Assembly: GCF_001447785.1 (NCBI RefSeq)
Contig: NW_015167060.1
Coordinates: 274,041-338,040, forward strand
Direction: 5' to 3'
Source: Gekko japonicus
Lineage: Eukaryota
Length of the DNA: 64,000 bases
Shown here: positions 1-12,327 of the stretch, piece after piece
Layout: each line of letters opens with the position of its first letter
Numbering within the stretch: position 1 is the stretch's first letter
Position numbers and translations under genes: made by a program
The notes under the pieces: model-generated
Seen by the model: only the letters and a program-made list of their open reading frames with translations
Database searches by the model: none
Told to the model about the DNA's origin: nothing

Positions 1-1110
1 GAACTCCACAGTTTACACTCTTAACCACTTCTTTCCGTTCATGTTCAACAGAAATGGGATCCTTATGCCAGGTATATGCAGTACAGGATGTAGGGACTCA
101 TGCCTGCCTCTAAATTACATCCCCTAATCTGAAAACTCTCCCTCCACATGTGGCAAGTGGCTAGGGTTACTCAGAAAAGAATTCTAGTGTGAAAATACTG
201 AACTGGGAGTCATCAAGACTCAACATCCTCTCTTTCCCCCAAGCCTGAACACGAGTTTCCTCACTCATTGTAGGTACAAACTGCTCAGTATGACTCACTC
301 TTTACTAATTAGCTAATTAGTTCTATGTATCATGTTTCACAGTTCACCTTCCTTGATTAGTTAGGTCAGTCCCATTCTGGCCATTCTCAGCAGTTAGGAC
401 TGGCCCTCACCCACTCTGAATTGACCAATTTCTCTTTAACTGTTTCAAACTGGTTTTCCCTTGTAACATCTCCCCATTCCCACCCTTCTGTTATTTAATT
501 CAGAAGACAGGGAAAGACTCGGAGATAACACTATATTACTATTTCTTTAGCCCAAAGCCAGTTAAATTTAAATGCTAATGAGGAGGCTGGGGGAGAAGAG
601 AGGTTCTAGCTACTTTTCCACTCCAGTTTTCTGTTCCCACCCCTCTCCACGGAAATGTTCCCCAAGCTTTCTCTTTTCCTCGTGACACCCCTCCAACACT
701 GGCCTTTCCTTCTCCTACTCTCATGCAATGTTTTAATTCCTCCTGTAAGAATGAATGGCAGTAATTTACCTATGCAGGAAAAAAGCGAAAGGATGCACTG
801 GCGACACAGTTAAAGAAGGCGATAAACTTGATCCTGGTGACCCACGCCTGTTTTCATCGCCATGGCACCCCTATCATTGGTTCTCTTGGTTTGTCACTCT
901 AATGTGCGACGGGACGTAGGAGCGGGGGGAGAAACAGAAAGATCTCAGAGTCTAACATCGGGATTTAAAACAAACTATGTCGAGCCGTGATAGAAACGGA
1001 ACCGTTAGCACTTCTCTCTACAACAGGATCACCAGACTACTTCCCACCCTACTTTCTCGATCTCCCGTAGTTTTCCTTTTGTCTAATCCCCTCCCCGTCC
1101 ATATATTTAC

Positions 1111-1157
1111 CCGCTGCCCGCTCGTCGATACATAGCTTTGCGTCTTGAGGGGAACAT
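1111..1157 (-). CDS. B4GALT7: Beta-1,4-galactosyltransferase 7, coding exon 1 (rest of gene lies left of window)
   Basis: Translates MFPSRRKAMYRRAGS then GG|gtaaat donor; MFPSRRKA matches the B4GALT7 N-terminus; lies in a CpG-rich stretch just downstream of TMED9 on the same strand, as in mammals. Confidence 0.88.
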
Positions 1158-2251
1158 CCTGCTGCCTCCCCACCGGGTCTCCCCGCCCGGCAGGGACACG
1201 CTGGCTTGGACACCAAGCTCGGCGATTACTGTGTTCCTCTAGAAACGCTTCCCTCACTGGCTGTTCCGTCTCATTCTCGTTCCTAGGCGGGTATGCTAGT
1301 TCCTCTCTTACAGACATAAGCGTCTGAAAGGGCGGACTGTATCCACGGCCGTTTATGTTGTAGTAAATTTGTTTTTAAGTGCTACCAGCCTGCTTATTCT
1401 CACTACAACAGATTGATATGGCTACTTCTCTGAAGCAGACTTGCACATGGCCAGGCTGGAATTGTAACAGAGATAGGTGATCAGAGAAGCCCTTCTAAGG
1501 AACTCTAGGACAGTGGTAACGAGGGATATAAATTAGACTTGAATGGAAACTTAAAGTTGCAGATAGATTTTTGTTTAAATTCACTTCCATTTGCCAATTA
1601 CCAAAATTTCAGTGCAGATACCTTTTCACGCTGCTGTGTTATAAAGCTGAAAATAACTTGCAATGTAATAAAGCCACTACTCAATTTTTGAAGGAAAGAT
1701 CTTTAATATTTTTTCATTCTTTGTTACAGTAACAACCAGGCTAAAATGGCCTCAAAATAAAATAAGCATGCCACCATCCTTTGGAACTGGCCCTTTGTCT
1801 GACAATAACCGTTTAGTTGCCAGACTCCCAGAGTTTGTAGTCCAGCATTTTCACACATTTCACCTGTGCTTGGTCATATAAGAATGCCAGACCCCTTGGT
1901 TTGAGTCCTAGGAGCAAAATCAAGGTAATTTCACAGTCCTTGTGGTACACAGCCAGAATACTAGAAGTCTGGATGGTGTCGTTTGTGACACAGATCCAAG
2001 TTATCCCAAATGCTTAGTTACTGTAAAAGCTTTAAAACACACACACATACATGAACTCCAGGCATTGCCCTTCCCAATGCACTTCATTTTCATATGATAA
2101 TGAGCATTCACCTAACGAAGAAATCCTAATTCCTCAAGCAAGAAACAACCCTTCCCCCAAGTCCACCAAACTGTATTTCAAGGTATATCTGAAAGCAAGA
2201 CAGTCATACAAACAAGCCCATTTTAATATGCTCAAAATAATACTCAGATAC

Positions 2252-2858
2252 TAGCGGTGTGCATTCAGCATAAATCAAGACGTTAAAAATACATGGGAAA
2301 TACCTTATCAGTATTTTCCAGATATTTTTTTCAGTTGGTCAGCGAGCGGGCTACTTATTCAGCTATCTGAAAATGGCCGACCTGAAAAATCCCGAAAATA
2401 TTTGTGATTTTTCTGCACCACTGGATAGCCACAGTTAAAGGGCATTTAAAGGGCTCTCAGTCCCTTTAAATACCTTTCCCCCTCCATTGGAAACAATAGA
2501 GGATGAGGGCACCTTCTTCGGGGGCCCATAGAATTGAACCACCTGGCCCAATCTTTTTTTAAACTTGGAGGGTTTTTTGAGGAAAGGCATCAGCAACTAT
2601 GCTTCAAAAAACAGCCTCCCCAAGCCCCAGATACCCCCCCCCAGATCGATTCTCCATTATAGCCTATGGGGACCATTGGCTATAATGGTTCCCACAGGGT
2701 ATAATGGAGCTGAAAAAATTCAGCAATCCCAAATATTCACTGAATACCATACCAATATTGGGATTTGGGAATATCAGGAAATACCAATATTTTTCGGGTT
2801 CAATATATCCAAACTCAAAAAATAGTGTTGTTCCCCCCCTCCGCCCTGCATACTCCTA
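2252..2858. mobile_element. Non-autonomous hAT-like DNA element
   Basis: Imperfect TIRs TAGCGGTGTGCA...TGCATACTCCTA; 8-bp TSD TCAGATAC on both sides; interior recurs near 35400-35550 and 36440-36480. Confidence 0.65.
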
Positions 2859-3883
2859 TCAGATACTGAAAACTTGGCAAGTTTCACTACCTGAATTACA
2901 CTCATAGCTTTCAACATGTTGTACTCCCCAGTGAGTGCAGTTCAAAACTGATTCTTCTGGATTATTATAACAATCAGACAAAGTATTTTATCTTCAATCT
3001 TATCTAGTATTACGGATTTTCCTGATGTGTATAAACTGTTGTTTCTACTTAACAACACTGGTGACAATATAACTGATTAAGTGGGAAAATTGTTATATGC
3101 TGCCGTGTTTATACGAAGCAATATATTGTAATCTTGGGATATTTTAACTTGTAATTTTTTATGTATTTGCTCAATGTTCCCCCTTTTACAATGCAATACA
3201 GGTATCATAATGAATGAATGATTCTTCTGGATCTCAAGTACATAAGCCTGGTATAATTTGAACTACACAAGTGACAGCATTTGTTCCTTGCAAATAATCC
3301 CTGCCTTTAATGTTACAAGAGTCTAGACTTGGGCATCAAAACAACTTTCTTTCTTGCATTCATCCAAGGGAAGAAAGCAGTTACCTGCTTACAAATGGAA
3401 CCAATTTATTTATAGACTGTGAAACTAATGCTGAGCAGACAATATATTATCCTCTCACCTACTACCATTAGTCTCAAGAAATGAAAATGAAAAAAATTAA
3501 GGTCTGTATGACAAAGATAACTGGAAAGTGCTTTACCATATCTGTTCCTTGTCCTGTCCTTGTGAGTGTGTCAGTGTCACACAACCTGACAAACAACAGG
3601 TCAGGCAAGCTCTCAGTCTGATCACTACTTTAGAACTAATGCTTAAAACAGTGAAAATCACATACAAATCCTCCACTTTAGTCTTTTAAATAGAGTACTT
3701 TTGCTCTCTTCCTTTTCCCCACTACAGACACAAAACTTGGGGAACAGTAATGAATTAGAATACTTGGAATAATCTTTGAATGTAATCTATACAGTACCAG
3801 TTTGATGAATGCTTAGAAATTAATTTAAAGAAACAAATCCCAAGGAGACTTTAACTGCAATTTAAAGCAAACTAACTAGGAAG

Positions 3884-4110
3884 ATCAAGATGGGTAGCCG
3901 TTAGTCTATCTGTAGCAATAGAAAAGAGCAAGAGTCTAGCAGCACCTTAAAGACTAACAAAATATGTGGCAGGGTGTTTTTATTTATTTATTTATAAATA
4001 TTATGAGCTTTCGTGAGAATGAAGAAATCAGCAGTGACTCACAAAAGCTCATACCCTGCCACATATTTTGTTAGTTTTTAAGGTGCTACTAGACTCTTGC
4101 TCTTTTCTCC
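3884..4110. mobile_element. Penelope-like-element-derived fold-back insertion
   Basis: Inverted arms AGAAAAGAGCAAGAGTCTAG.../...CTAGACTCTTGCTCTTTTCT; flanked by direct repeat AACTAGGAAG. Confidence 0.6.
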
Positions 4111-4762
4111 AACTAGGAAGGTGAATCCCATTGAATGCAACAGACATTACTTCCAAGAGTACACATGACTAGGACTGAGTTGTTGGAGAAACAGGAAATA
4201 GGCGTATCAAGTGTTCCTGCTGTAAAAGTAGCAGTTTGTAAAACAAAGCTTACAACTACTTAGTAAGCTTATATTAGTGAAGAAATGAAGTACCCAATCT
4301 GCCAGAAGAATAGTAGCTGCACTTTTACATGAAAAAGCTCATTTAATTCTAACAAGCAATGGGAGGAAGACATAAGGAAAATCAAGTAAATTTTAATTCT
4401 TAGCTACTCCTCATGAATATCCCAGTGATTATCACATTCCCCTCTCTCCCTCCATCCCCAACACACACACAAAGTATTTTACAAATAATCCCCAAATTGC
4501 TCCTTAGGATAGCAGGTAATCACAAAATCAGTTCGTATTCTGTTCACATTATGAATACACAGGATAGAAGACTGTGAGCAGAAACTCCAGATCTCCTCAT
4601 TCAGCACTTTCTCTTGGAGCAACATGCTGGTGGTGGCAAGAAGTCTGAGTCAGTATAAGTGCAGGAGGACTCAAAACTAGCATCATTTTCTTGGCTTTGA
4701 CATTTTGAAGTGCTGGCTAAAGAGAGCATCCCAAGTGTCCTACACAGAGGAGTCTAACTTGG

Positions 4763-4988
4763 GTGGTGGTGGTGGTAGAGGAAAGTGCTGGCACATTGCA
4801 ACTGACATGATGACCCCATAGGGTTTTCAAGGCAAGAGATGAACAGCGATAGTTTGCCACTGCCTGACCCTCCGTAACAAACCCGGACTTCCTCAGTGGT
4901 ATCCCACCCAACTACTAACCAGGGCCAATCCTGCTTAGCTTCCGAGATTTGACGAGATCAGGCTAGCCTGGGCCATCCAGGTCAGACC
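4763..4988 (-). mobile_element. 5S rRNA-derived SINE with RTE-type tail
   Basis: ~4897-4986 resembles the reverse complement of 5S rRNA (CTGCTTAGCTTCCGAGAT..GACGAGATC); simple-repeat tail; flanking CTAACnTGG repeats. Confidence 0.75.
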
Positions 4989-5331
4989 CTAACGTGGATA
5001 AGTAGGAGAAATGCTGCCCATAGGGTCCTTCCCATGAATTCCTCACATGGTATTATAAAGTTCGAGGTGCCTCAGAAGCAAGCAGTCCTCAACTGTCTGG
5101 AGAGAATACAACGCCTTATAGGGGCCAACACTGCGCTGGAACCACAGGAGGCTGGGATATGGGAGGAGGGGGAGGGAGAGAGGCAGAGAGAGGTAGATGA
5201 CACAGATCCTGGTCAACAATAGTCTTGAGGGAAGGATGACTGAGGAGAGAAGAAGGACCAGTGCAAACACCTGAAGCGCTGGGAACTGCTCCTGGGTAGG
5301 ATGCGTGCCTTTTGCTGCCATCACCACACTT

Positions 5332-5481
5332 TTACACCAGCTTCTTGGCCTCAAAGAAACTTTTGAGATGTCTCATCTGCCAGACTCCAATGGCTACAAG
5401 GATGAGGGTCTGGACAATGGACCACCAGAGAACCCGTTGGTTTGTGCTCTCACTGGTTAGCCGGAAGCGCTCCTCTCGCCA
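5332..5481 (-). CDS. TMED9: TMED9 exon 5 (coding part)
   Basis: [49 protein letters not shown]. Confidence 0.95.
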   Translation of the reverse strand, partial: WREERFRLTSESTNQRVLWWSIVQTLILVAIGVWQMRHLKSFFEAKKLV

Positions 5482-8400
5482 CTGAACAAAGGGGAAAAAA
5501 AACAGTAATTCAGGATTCTCCCCTTCCCACTCATGATCAAAAGGCAGCATATTGTATTGGACAGGTGTTGGACATGGAAAGAGGACACCTAATTTCAGAT
5601 CCCTCAGACATGCAACTCATTGGGTGACCTTGAAGCAGTCATTCTCTCTCAGCTCATTTTACCTCCCAGGGTTGCTGTAAAAGCAGAAGGAGAAGTGAGA
5701 CCACAGATGATGCTTTGAGCTCATTGGAGGAAGGGGGGGTATAATGATAGTAATAATAGCAACAAGTGGGCTACTTTCCCACCATGACCTAAGTCAGGAA
5801 CACATCTTAACCAGGAAGGCACAGTACTGCCTGCACTCAAGAACTAGTGCTACAATCATAATGAATACATTTCCTGAACAAGCAGAATCACACAAAGACA
5901 TGTGTATTGACCACTTCCCTTTCTAGCTTTACATTACAGCACAAAGAATACTGTCGGTAGCCTGCTCAAGGCCTCTTACCCGCTGGTAGTTTTGCTCTTT
6001 CTGGATCTGCTCTATCTGTTCCAGAAGCTGGCGCACACGCAACTGCAGCTCACTTAGCTTGTCTTTGGCTGCAATTTCAGCATAGTCATTGGCATGCTCA
6101 CCAACCTGGATGTCAAGGTGAACCCTCTGTAATGAGATAAGGGAGAACAGCAAACAATTTTTGGTATGCACGTACTCGTCAGGGCAAGATGCCCCATGAG
6201 CTGTTTGGCAAGTAAAACTGAGCACACTCCACCCACACTATCACACATAGCCTCTTACCAGCATGCCTCCTGCAAAGAGGGAAAACTTGGTGGAATTGGA
6301 ATGCAGGCAGATCTGATGGTCTCCAGGTGTGTGTGAAGTGAAGGTGAATCGGCCCTCTGAGCCATATTGTCGGGACAGCACCACCTGCAAACAGAGTGAA
6401 TATAATGTTTTCATGCTAATTTACACAGATATGAAATCTTGGGAATCTGCAAGCCTTTCATTTAATCTCCCATTCATTCTCTTCACATTTTACATCAAGG
6501 GCAGAGCTATTACCAGCTGCTCTGCTCATCCTCTCCAGCCCTTGGAAGCTTAAAGAGGAGCCCCCTCCTCAAAGGAAGCACTTGGGGAGAATTGGTTTCT
6601 ACTTAAGGCAAAGCTTTTATAATCTGCTATGCTTCTTCTTCTCCCTGTAGATGACAAGCAGACTTGTTCTATTTGATGGAGGGTTGTTGTAACCTGCTTT
6701 GAGTCCTCACTGAATGGAGAAAAGTGAGATACAAATACCCAGATAAAGAAGTCCAAACTTACAGCCCATGTTAGGCCTCCAGCCCTTGGAAGCTTAAAGA
6801 GAAGCTCCCTCCTGGAAGGAAGCACTTGGGGAGAAATGGTTTCTACAGTAGGCAAAGCTTTTATCATCTGCTATGCTTCTTCTCCTCCCTGTAGATAACA
6901 AGCAGACTTGTTCTATTTGATGGAGGGTTGTTGTAACCTGCTTTGAGTCCTCACTGAATGGAGAAAAGTGAGATACAAATACCCAGATAAATAAGTCCAA
7001 ACTTACAGCCCATGTTAGGGTTAGTTAAACATTACAGTCAGTCTCATGCAACAGCACTGTGCCATGCCTTTCAGGCACTATAAAGCCTCTACCCCAGTGG
7101 CCTTTGAATCTGACTCTAGGGGGGGGTGCTCATCTCCGTTTCCAAGCCAAAGAGCCAGTGCTATCTGAAGATGTTTCCATGGTCTTGCGGCTGGCATGAC
7201 AAAGCGCTGAGGTACACGGAATGCTGCTATCTTCCCACCGAAGCAGTTCCTATTTATCTACTTGCAATTTCTTGCTTTCAAACTGCTAGGTTGGCAGGAG
7301 CTGGGGCCAGAGACGGGAGCTCACTCTGTCACACGGCACTAGGGTCTCGAACTGCCCAACTACAGACCTTCCAGTCTGCAGCTCAGTGTCTTAACCTCTG
7401 AGCCATGGCTTTCAAAGATTAGACAGATTCAGGGAGCATAGGTGCATTCATGGGCTACTAGCCATGGTGACTAAAGGGAAGCTCCATATTCAGAGGCAGC
7501 AAAACACTGAATACCAGTGCTAGGGAGGGCAACATCAGGGGAAGGCCTTAGGTTCTGCACTAGTGGCCTTCCAGAGTAATTGGCTGGCCACTGTGTAAAA
7601 CAGGATGCCAGACTAGATGGACCACTGATTTAACTGAAAAGGAGTACGACAAGGATGTATACTGTCACCTTGCTTATTTAATATATATGCAGAGTACATC
7701 ATGCGAAATGCTGGCCTGGATGAATCACAAGCGGGAATTAAGATTGCTGGGGAAAAGATCAACAACCTCAGATATGCAGATGATACCACTCTAATGGCTG
7801 AAAGTGAAAAGGATCTAAAGAGCCTCTTGCTCAGAGTAAAAGAGGAGAGCGCAAAAGTGGGCTTGAAGCTCAACATCAAAAAAACTAAGATCATGGCATC
7901 CGGCCCCATCACTCCTTGGCAAATAGAAGGGGAAGTCATGGAAGTAGTGACAGACTTCACTGAAAAGTACTCTTCTTATGTTCACTCTGGTGGAAAGCCC
8001 TGGCCTTGACATGGAAGGTTGTAACTCTACCCCACTCTTCTTGTCAACTGACAGGTCAGTAGGACCCATGCTGCCATCTGGGGGTTAAAGGCGGGTCCTG
8101 ACTCCGGAAAGGCTGAAGACCAGTGCTCTAGAGCTCTTAAAGACTACATAACTGACAGAAAGTATCCAAAGACACATATTTCAGGCCCATCACTAAATTC
8201 TATAATAGATACAGCTGTGGCAGGGTGATAGTCTTTTCAGTTTACCACGTATCATTAAAGTATTACCTCAAAATCTGTGCTTCTTTGGGGACAAGGGGGA
8301 TGGCCTCAAAAACAACCAGCTGTGTATCCACAGTCATAACTGGCAGCTCATTGTGGTGCAACAAATCACAAGCTGAAGAATGCAAAGATTTCTAGTACAA

Positions 8401-9245
8401 AGTACTGATTGTAATAGAAAGGAAGTCTCTGAATATCTTTAGTTGTCTGGACAACCAGCTCCACAAGCATCTATAGAGTTACTCAAATATATTGTTTCCA
8501 CACACAGTGAACAGACTCCTGCATATTTAGCTCTACCTCTTCCCTCAGAAACTGGACAATACCCCTGTAAAAAGTAATCAAAACAAAGACTTTTACTTTA
8601 TTGCAGAGAAGAAGACCCTTGAAACATTCTGTTCTTTAATTCTCCTCTTTAAACACACAATAGCCCTCAGAATGGAAACTGCTCCAGGACAAACTGCATA
8701 CCTTTTCATCAGGATCTTTCACTTCCACAAACATGCCCAGACCCGGAGTTGCAGGCAGGTACTCCTCCCTTTGCTTATCAAACAGCTGCGTTCGATAGTT
8801 CCCTGATGCAGAAGGGAGCAGAATCAGAGAATAGGTAAGAACTACCACCACGGATTTCTACGCGGGACCCTCACCACACAGAGCTTCTGGATACATACCT
8901 CCCTCTCCCCCATCTTAACCAGCGCTTCAGTGCACGCTTCCTATTATGCAGCCCCTTAAGGCTTTACCACCCAAACGTTATCCGAGGTCTCCAACCAGAC
9001 ATCCCACATAGTAGTCCCTTCGAGGGCAACCTCTCTCTCCCCCCCCCATCAACCCCATTCTTCTTGGACCCTCTTCTCCTGTCTCCCTGCGCACCGATGA
9101 CCATGGTCTCGTCCGGGATCTCCTCGATGAAGCACTTGCGTTCCGTCTCGCCCAAGTGGAAATAGAGACCCCATCCGGGAGACGCGATCCTGAACACCAC
9201 CAAGACCTGCAAGAGCACCCGCGGCCAGCACCCGACAGCCGCCAT
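5332..9245 (-). CDS. TMED9: Transmembrane emp24 domain protein 9 (p24 alpha family), complete 5-exon CDS, 224 aa
   Basis: Exons 9095-9245, 8702-8802, 6259-6384, 5980-6126, 5332-5481; all GT-AG, sum 675 nt; signal peptide, GOLD domain, coiled coil, [10 protein letters not shown] tail. Confidence 0.96.
5980..6126 (-). CDS. TMED9: TMED9 exon 4
   Basis: [49 protein letters not shown], 147 nt. Confidence 0.95.
6259..6384 (-). CDS. TMED9: TMED9 exon 3
   Basis: [42 protein letters not shown], 126 nt (not in ORF track). Confidence 0.95.
6533..7019. repeat. 244-bp tandem duplication in TMED9 intron 2
   Basis: Units start at 6533 and 6777; near-identical copies. Confidence 0.9.
7105..7405 (-). mobile_element. 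Sauria SINE (diverged, tail-truncated)
   Basis: Same sequence as the full copies at 32585, 39235 and 57127. Confidence 0.75.
7406..7984 (+). mobile_element. CR1 LINE 3' end interrupted by a BovB fragment
   Basis: Similar to the reverse complement of the CR1 at 59893; ends GACTAGATGGACCACTG...CTTCTTATGTTC. Confidence 0.65.
7636..7958 (+). mobile_element. RTE-BovB reverse transcriptase fragment
   Basis: [99 protein letters not shown]. Confidence 0.9.
8702..8802 (-). CDS. TMED9: TMED9 exon 2
   Basis: [34 protein letters not shown], 101 nt. Confidence 0.95.
9095..9245 (-). CDS. TMED9: TMED9 exon 1
   Basis: [10 protein letters not shown]...[24 protein letters not shown]; G|gtgcgc donor. Confidence 0.92.
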
Positions 9246-9330
9246 CACACTGCGCCTTCCTACCAACCCCTCCTACACTTCAGCCCTCAAGCCACGTAAT
9301 TGCTATGAGAGAAGGCTGTCGTCCAGCGAA

Positions 9331-9372
9331 ACTACAAATCCCAGCAGCCATCTGAACGGAAATGATGGCGCC
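9331..9372. promoter_or_regulatory. TMED9 promoter: ZNF143/THAP11-type motif plus YY1-like site
   Basis: ACTACAAATCCCAGCAGCC at 9331-9349 fits ACTAYRNNNCCCR; ATGATGGCGCC at 9362-9372; CpG-rich, ~90 bp upstream of the ATG. Confidence 0.6.
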
Positions 9373-11380
9373 AGAGGAAATTGGACGGCTCAAATAGAGG
9401 CGGCTTTGCGTGATAGGTTTAGGGGCGAGGGCGTGAAGACCGACAGCGAGTGTGTGTTTGCCACGCCAACTCTGTGTGCCGCTTCCACGGCGAATGAGAC
9501 TTGCTTTCAGCTAGGCGCTCCATCAAGCTCTCTTACCCACTGGATACGGTACTGTCTAGCATGAGAACTTGTTATGATTCCGCCCGTGTCAGTGTTTCTC
9601 TTATTTTTAAAACCCTTAATGTCAAAGTGCAGAAAATAGAAAATGAAAACCCCTCGGCTACAAGTGGATTATCGGTAACGGAGAGAGACATCAGTGTCTT
9701 TTACACGGGGACTGGATTCTAGTTTCCCTGTTTCTAGTGCGGCTTTGGCTGCAGCAGCAATACCGGGGCTTCCACACGACAGGTTTCCCTGACCCAGTTC
9801 CCCAGAAGTGGCCACCCCCATTCCCTGGACAGCCAGGGCGTTTGTGTTTTGTTTTTAAAATCAATGCTAGAATATTATATTGATAAACCATTGTAATAAT
9901 AGGTATAGCAGATTCTCTGAATTCCCAGTTTTGGGTTGTTTTAAAAAAGTTTCTAGCACCTTCCCTTGTGAATATCTCCACAAGGGAAGGAGGGTATAGA
10001 GACTTAGCTTTTTAAAAATGAAAGCTGAGAATTCAGAGAACCTGCTACACCTATTATTCAATGGTATATTGATACGATAGTCTAGTGTAGATTTTAAAGA
10101 TAATTAAAAGATCCTCTAGTGGCATGGCCAGGAAGAAAATGGCTGCCATGTGAACCCAAGAATCCAAATTTCCCCGCTCAGCAGCCATCCAGGCTTTACT
10201 GCAATCTCTCCCAAAACTTTGAAGCTAAGCAGGTTTGAGAAAGGCTGGGGAAAAGCCAGGGAAACCCATGGAGATGTATGAACACACCACAATACTGTGT
10301 GGAAGCAGGAAAAATAGTTTCCCAAAAGCACTGAACTCTGTGCAGATAACTTGGGTTATCAGGCAACCAGCAGAAGGATTGTGTTGTGGGGGAAGCATCC
10401 AGGGAGAAAAATTAAAATGAAAAATTATGCCTTGTCTACCTATAGGAAGTTCTCACCATAGAGTTCCTGGCAATTCCAAAATACTATATTGGAAATGATA
10501 AAGGTTATCTCTAGCTGCTCTTGCCACTGCTGGGTAGCTTTCAGAACTATCAGAAACTCTATGGTCAGAACTTCCTGTAATTAGACAAGGCCTAGTTTTT
10601 CTTTTTAATTTTCTTCAGGACAATCCCTCCTTTTGGACCATTTCTGCCCACTGATCAGCTGAGCATTGGTGGGTATGAGCTATAATTGTCTGGAAGTCTC
10701 CCACCATAAGCAGGCAAACAGGAACCCTGCAGATAACCCATGTGGAAGACATCTTCCAGGATGAATTGACAGGACCAGAGGAACACCCCAGCCTAATTTT
10801 CTGTCCCTATTAATTTTCCTCTATTTCTCTGTAAGAATTCAGTTCTCATGAGATGCCCAGTTGCCCCAAATCACTCTGGCAAATGCACTGTCTTCACTCT
10901 CACATTTTGTATACTTGCTTGAAAGTCAATATGGCTTTCAAGTCCTACAGTAGGCCACACCATTGCATGCTTTTTTTCAACCTTTCTGATAAAAGCTGAT
11001 GCCATTAGACCTAATAGGGCTACTCTATACCACTACAGGTCTGTTTTATATTATGCAACAGTTTGAGGGTCATTCTACTCAAGTGGGAATTTAGGGGCAA
11101 AGCTACTATCTCTGTTTCCCAGGAATGTGAAGAACAGTAACTTTGTTGTTGTTAAGTGAGATAAAGTGCAGTAGAATACAACAGCAATGAATTGAGGCAC
11201 TTTCTGATTGAATCCCACCCATGAACACAAGTTTGCATTGTGGTGAAATCTAGCAAGGGCTTAAGCCCTTGAACTATGTTACATCAAAGGTGCCACAAAA
11301 AGCCACCACACTTGACTCCTCTCTCCCTTCCTTTCATCCCCCAAATTAAGACAGACCAGCAGCTCAAGTCAGTTTTCCAC

Positions 11381-11386
11381 TTTATT
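11381..11386 (-). terminator. Probable LMAN2 polyadenylation signal
   Basis: TTTATT on + (AATAAA on -) about 780 nt past the LMAN2 stop. Confidence 0.5.
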
Positions 11387-12166
11387 CACATAGCCTTTCT
11401 TCCGCCGATCACCTTGCACACACAACTTTGACACAGAGTACAGTCTTGTCACTGGAATCACAACGATGCTTAGTGAGAGGGATCAGAGCAGGGTCTGAGC
11501 CTCTGTGATCAAGTTGTGGCACATATTTCACAGTGACTGGGGGACATTCAAGCCCCTTCTCTCCCAAACCAAAACAGTCACAGTTTCCATCACCAAAAGG
11601 GAATAATCAGATTTTATGGTCACCAGTTGTTTTGGTGTACATTAGTCTCACTCTCTGCTATACAGAAATGGCCAATACTACAAGTAAGTTCCAGGGCCAA
11701 TGAGACTACAAAATACATTCAAAATACCCACCTTGGACTAGGCCAGACAACAAAATCTCCCCAGCATGTTGGCAGGATTAGGGAAATACTACCTCCATCA
11801 GTGAAACATCCAGTGGATTCTATCTGGCAAGCAGAACCATGCCCCACGGAGGAGGAACATCTGCCACTTCTAAGCTCTAACCACAGGGTTGTAGTCTTTT
11901 TTTTTTTTAAGTGGGGCTGATGTTCTGAACAGCATTCTAACAGAGGAGGGAAATAGGCTCCCAAGTAGGACTCCACACTGCATTCTTGATCGTTTGCCAC
12001 AGGTTGTCTGGCTAGTGCGGCCAGGAAAAAACCCAAGATATGAAAATAATCCATATATTTCTCCGAAAAGAGCCTTTTAGAAATGAGTCTATACAATTCC
12101 CCCATCCGCCCACCCACCCCTGTAAAAAAATGCTCCAAAGTGCCCAGAATGTAGACCAGCTTTCTA

Positions 12167-12327
12167 CTAGTAGAATCGCTTGTTCCGCTCCTGCCGTTTT
12201 TGGAAGACCACAGCACCCACCACAGCACACACAATGATGCCAAGCAGAGCACAGAGGAGCAACAGGAACACCTTCCAGCCTGTCAAAGGCCCACTACGGA
12301 AGTTTCCCGTTGGATCATCCACATTAT
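12167..12327 (-). CDS. LMAN2: LMAN2 exon 8 (coding part)
   Basis: DNVDDPTGNFRSGPLTGWKVFLLLLCALLGIIVCAVVGAVVFQKRQERNKRFY* followed by a second TAG. Confidence 0.95.

Noticed and set aside
1018-1317. 99-aa ORF as a gene
   Set aside because: The recognisable coding frame is the 47-nt B4GALT7 exon in another frame
4897-4986. 5S rRNA gene
   Set aside because: Diverged, dispersed, fused to a retroposon tail and lacking a proper 3' end: a SINE head
5332-9245. Calling the p24 gene TMED4
   Set aside because: Residues such as DKQREEY and [15 protein letters not shown], and adjacency to B4GALT7, indicate TMED9
9420-9790. Divergent plus-strand gene from the TMED9 promoter (donor ~9548, mini-exon 9737-9783)
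   Set aside because: No in-frame ATG, weak donors and no further exons; at most a non-coding divergent transcript
11719-12252. 177-aa minus-strand ORF
   Set aside because: Out-of-frame overlap with LMAN2 exon 8 and its 3'UTR; non-ATG start and no domain
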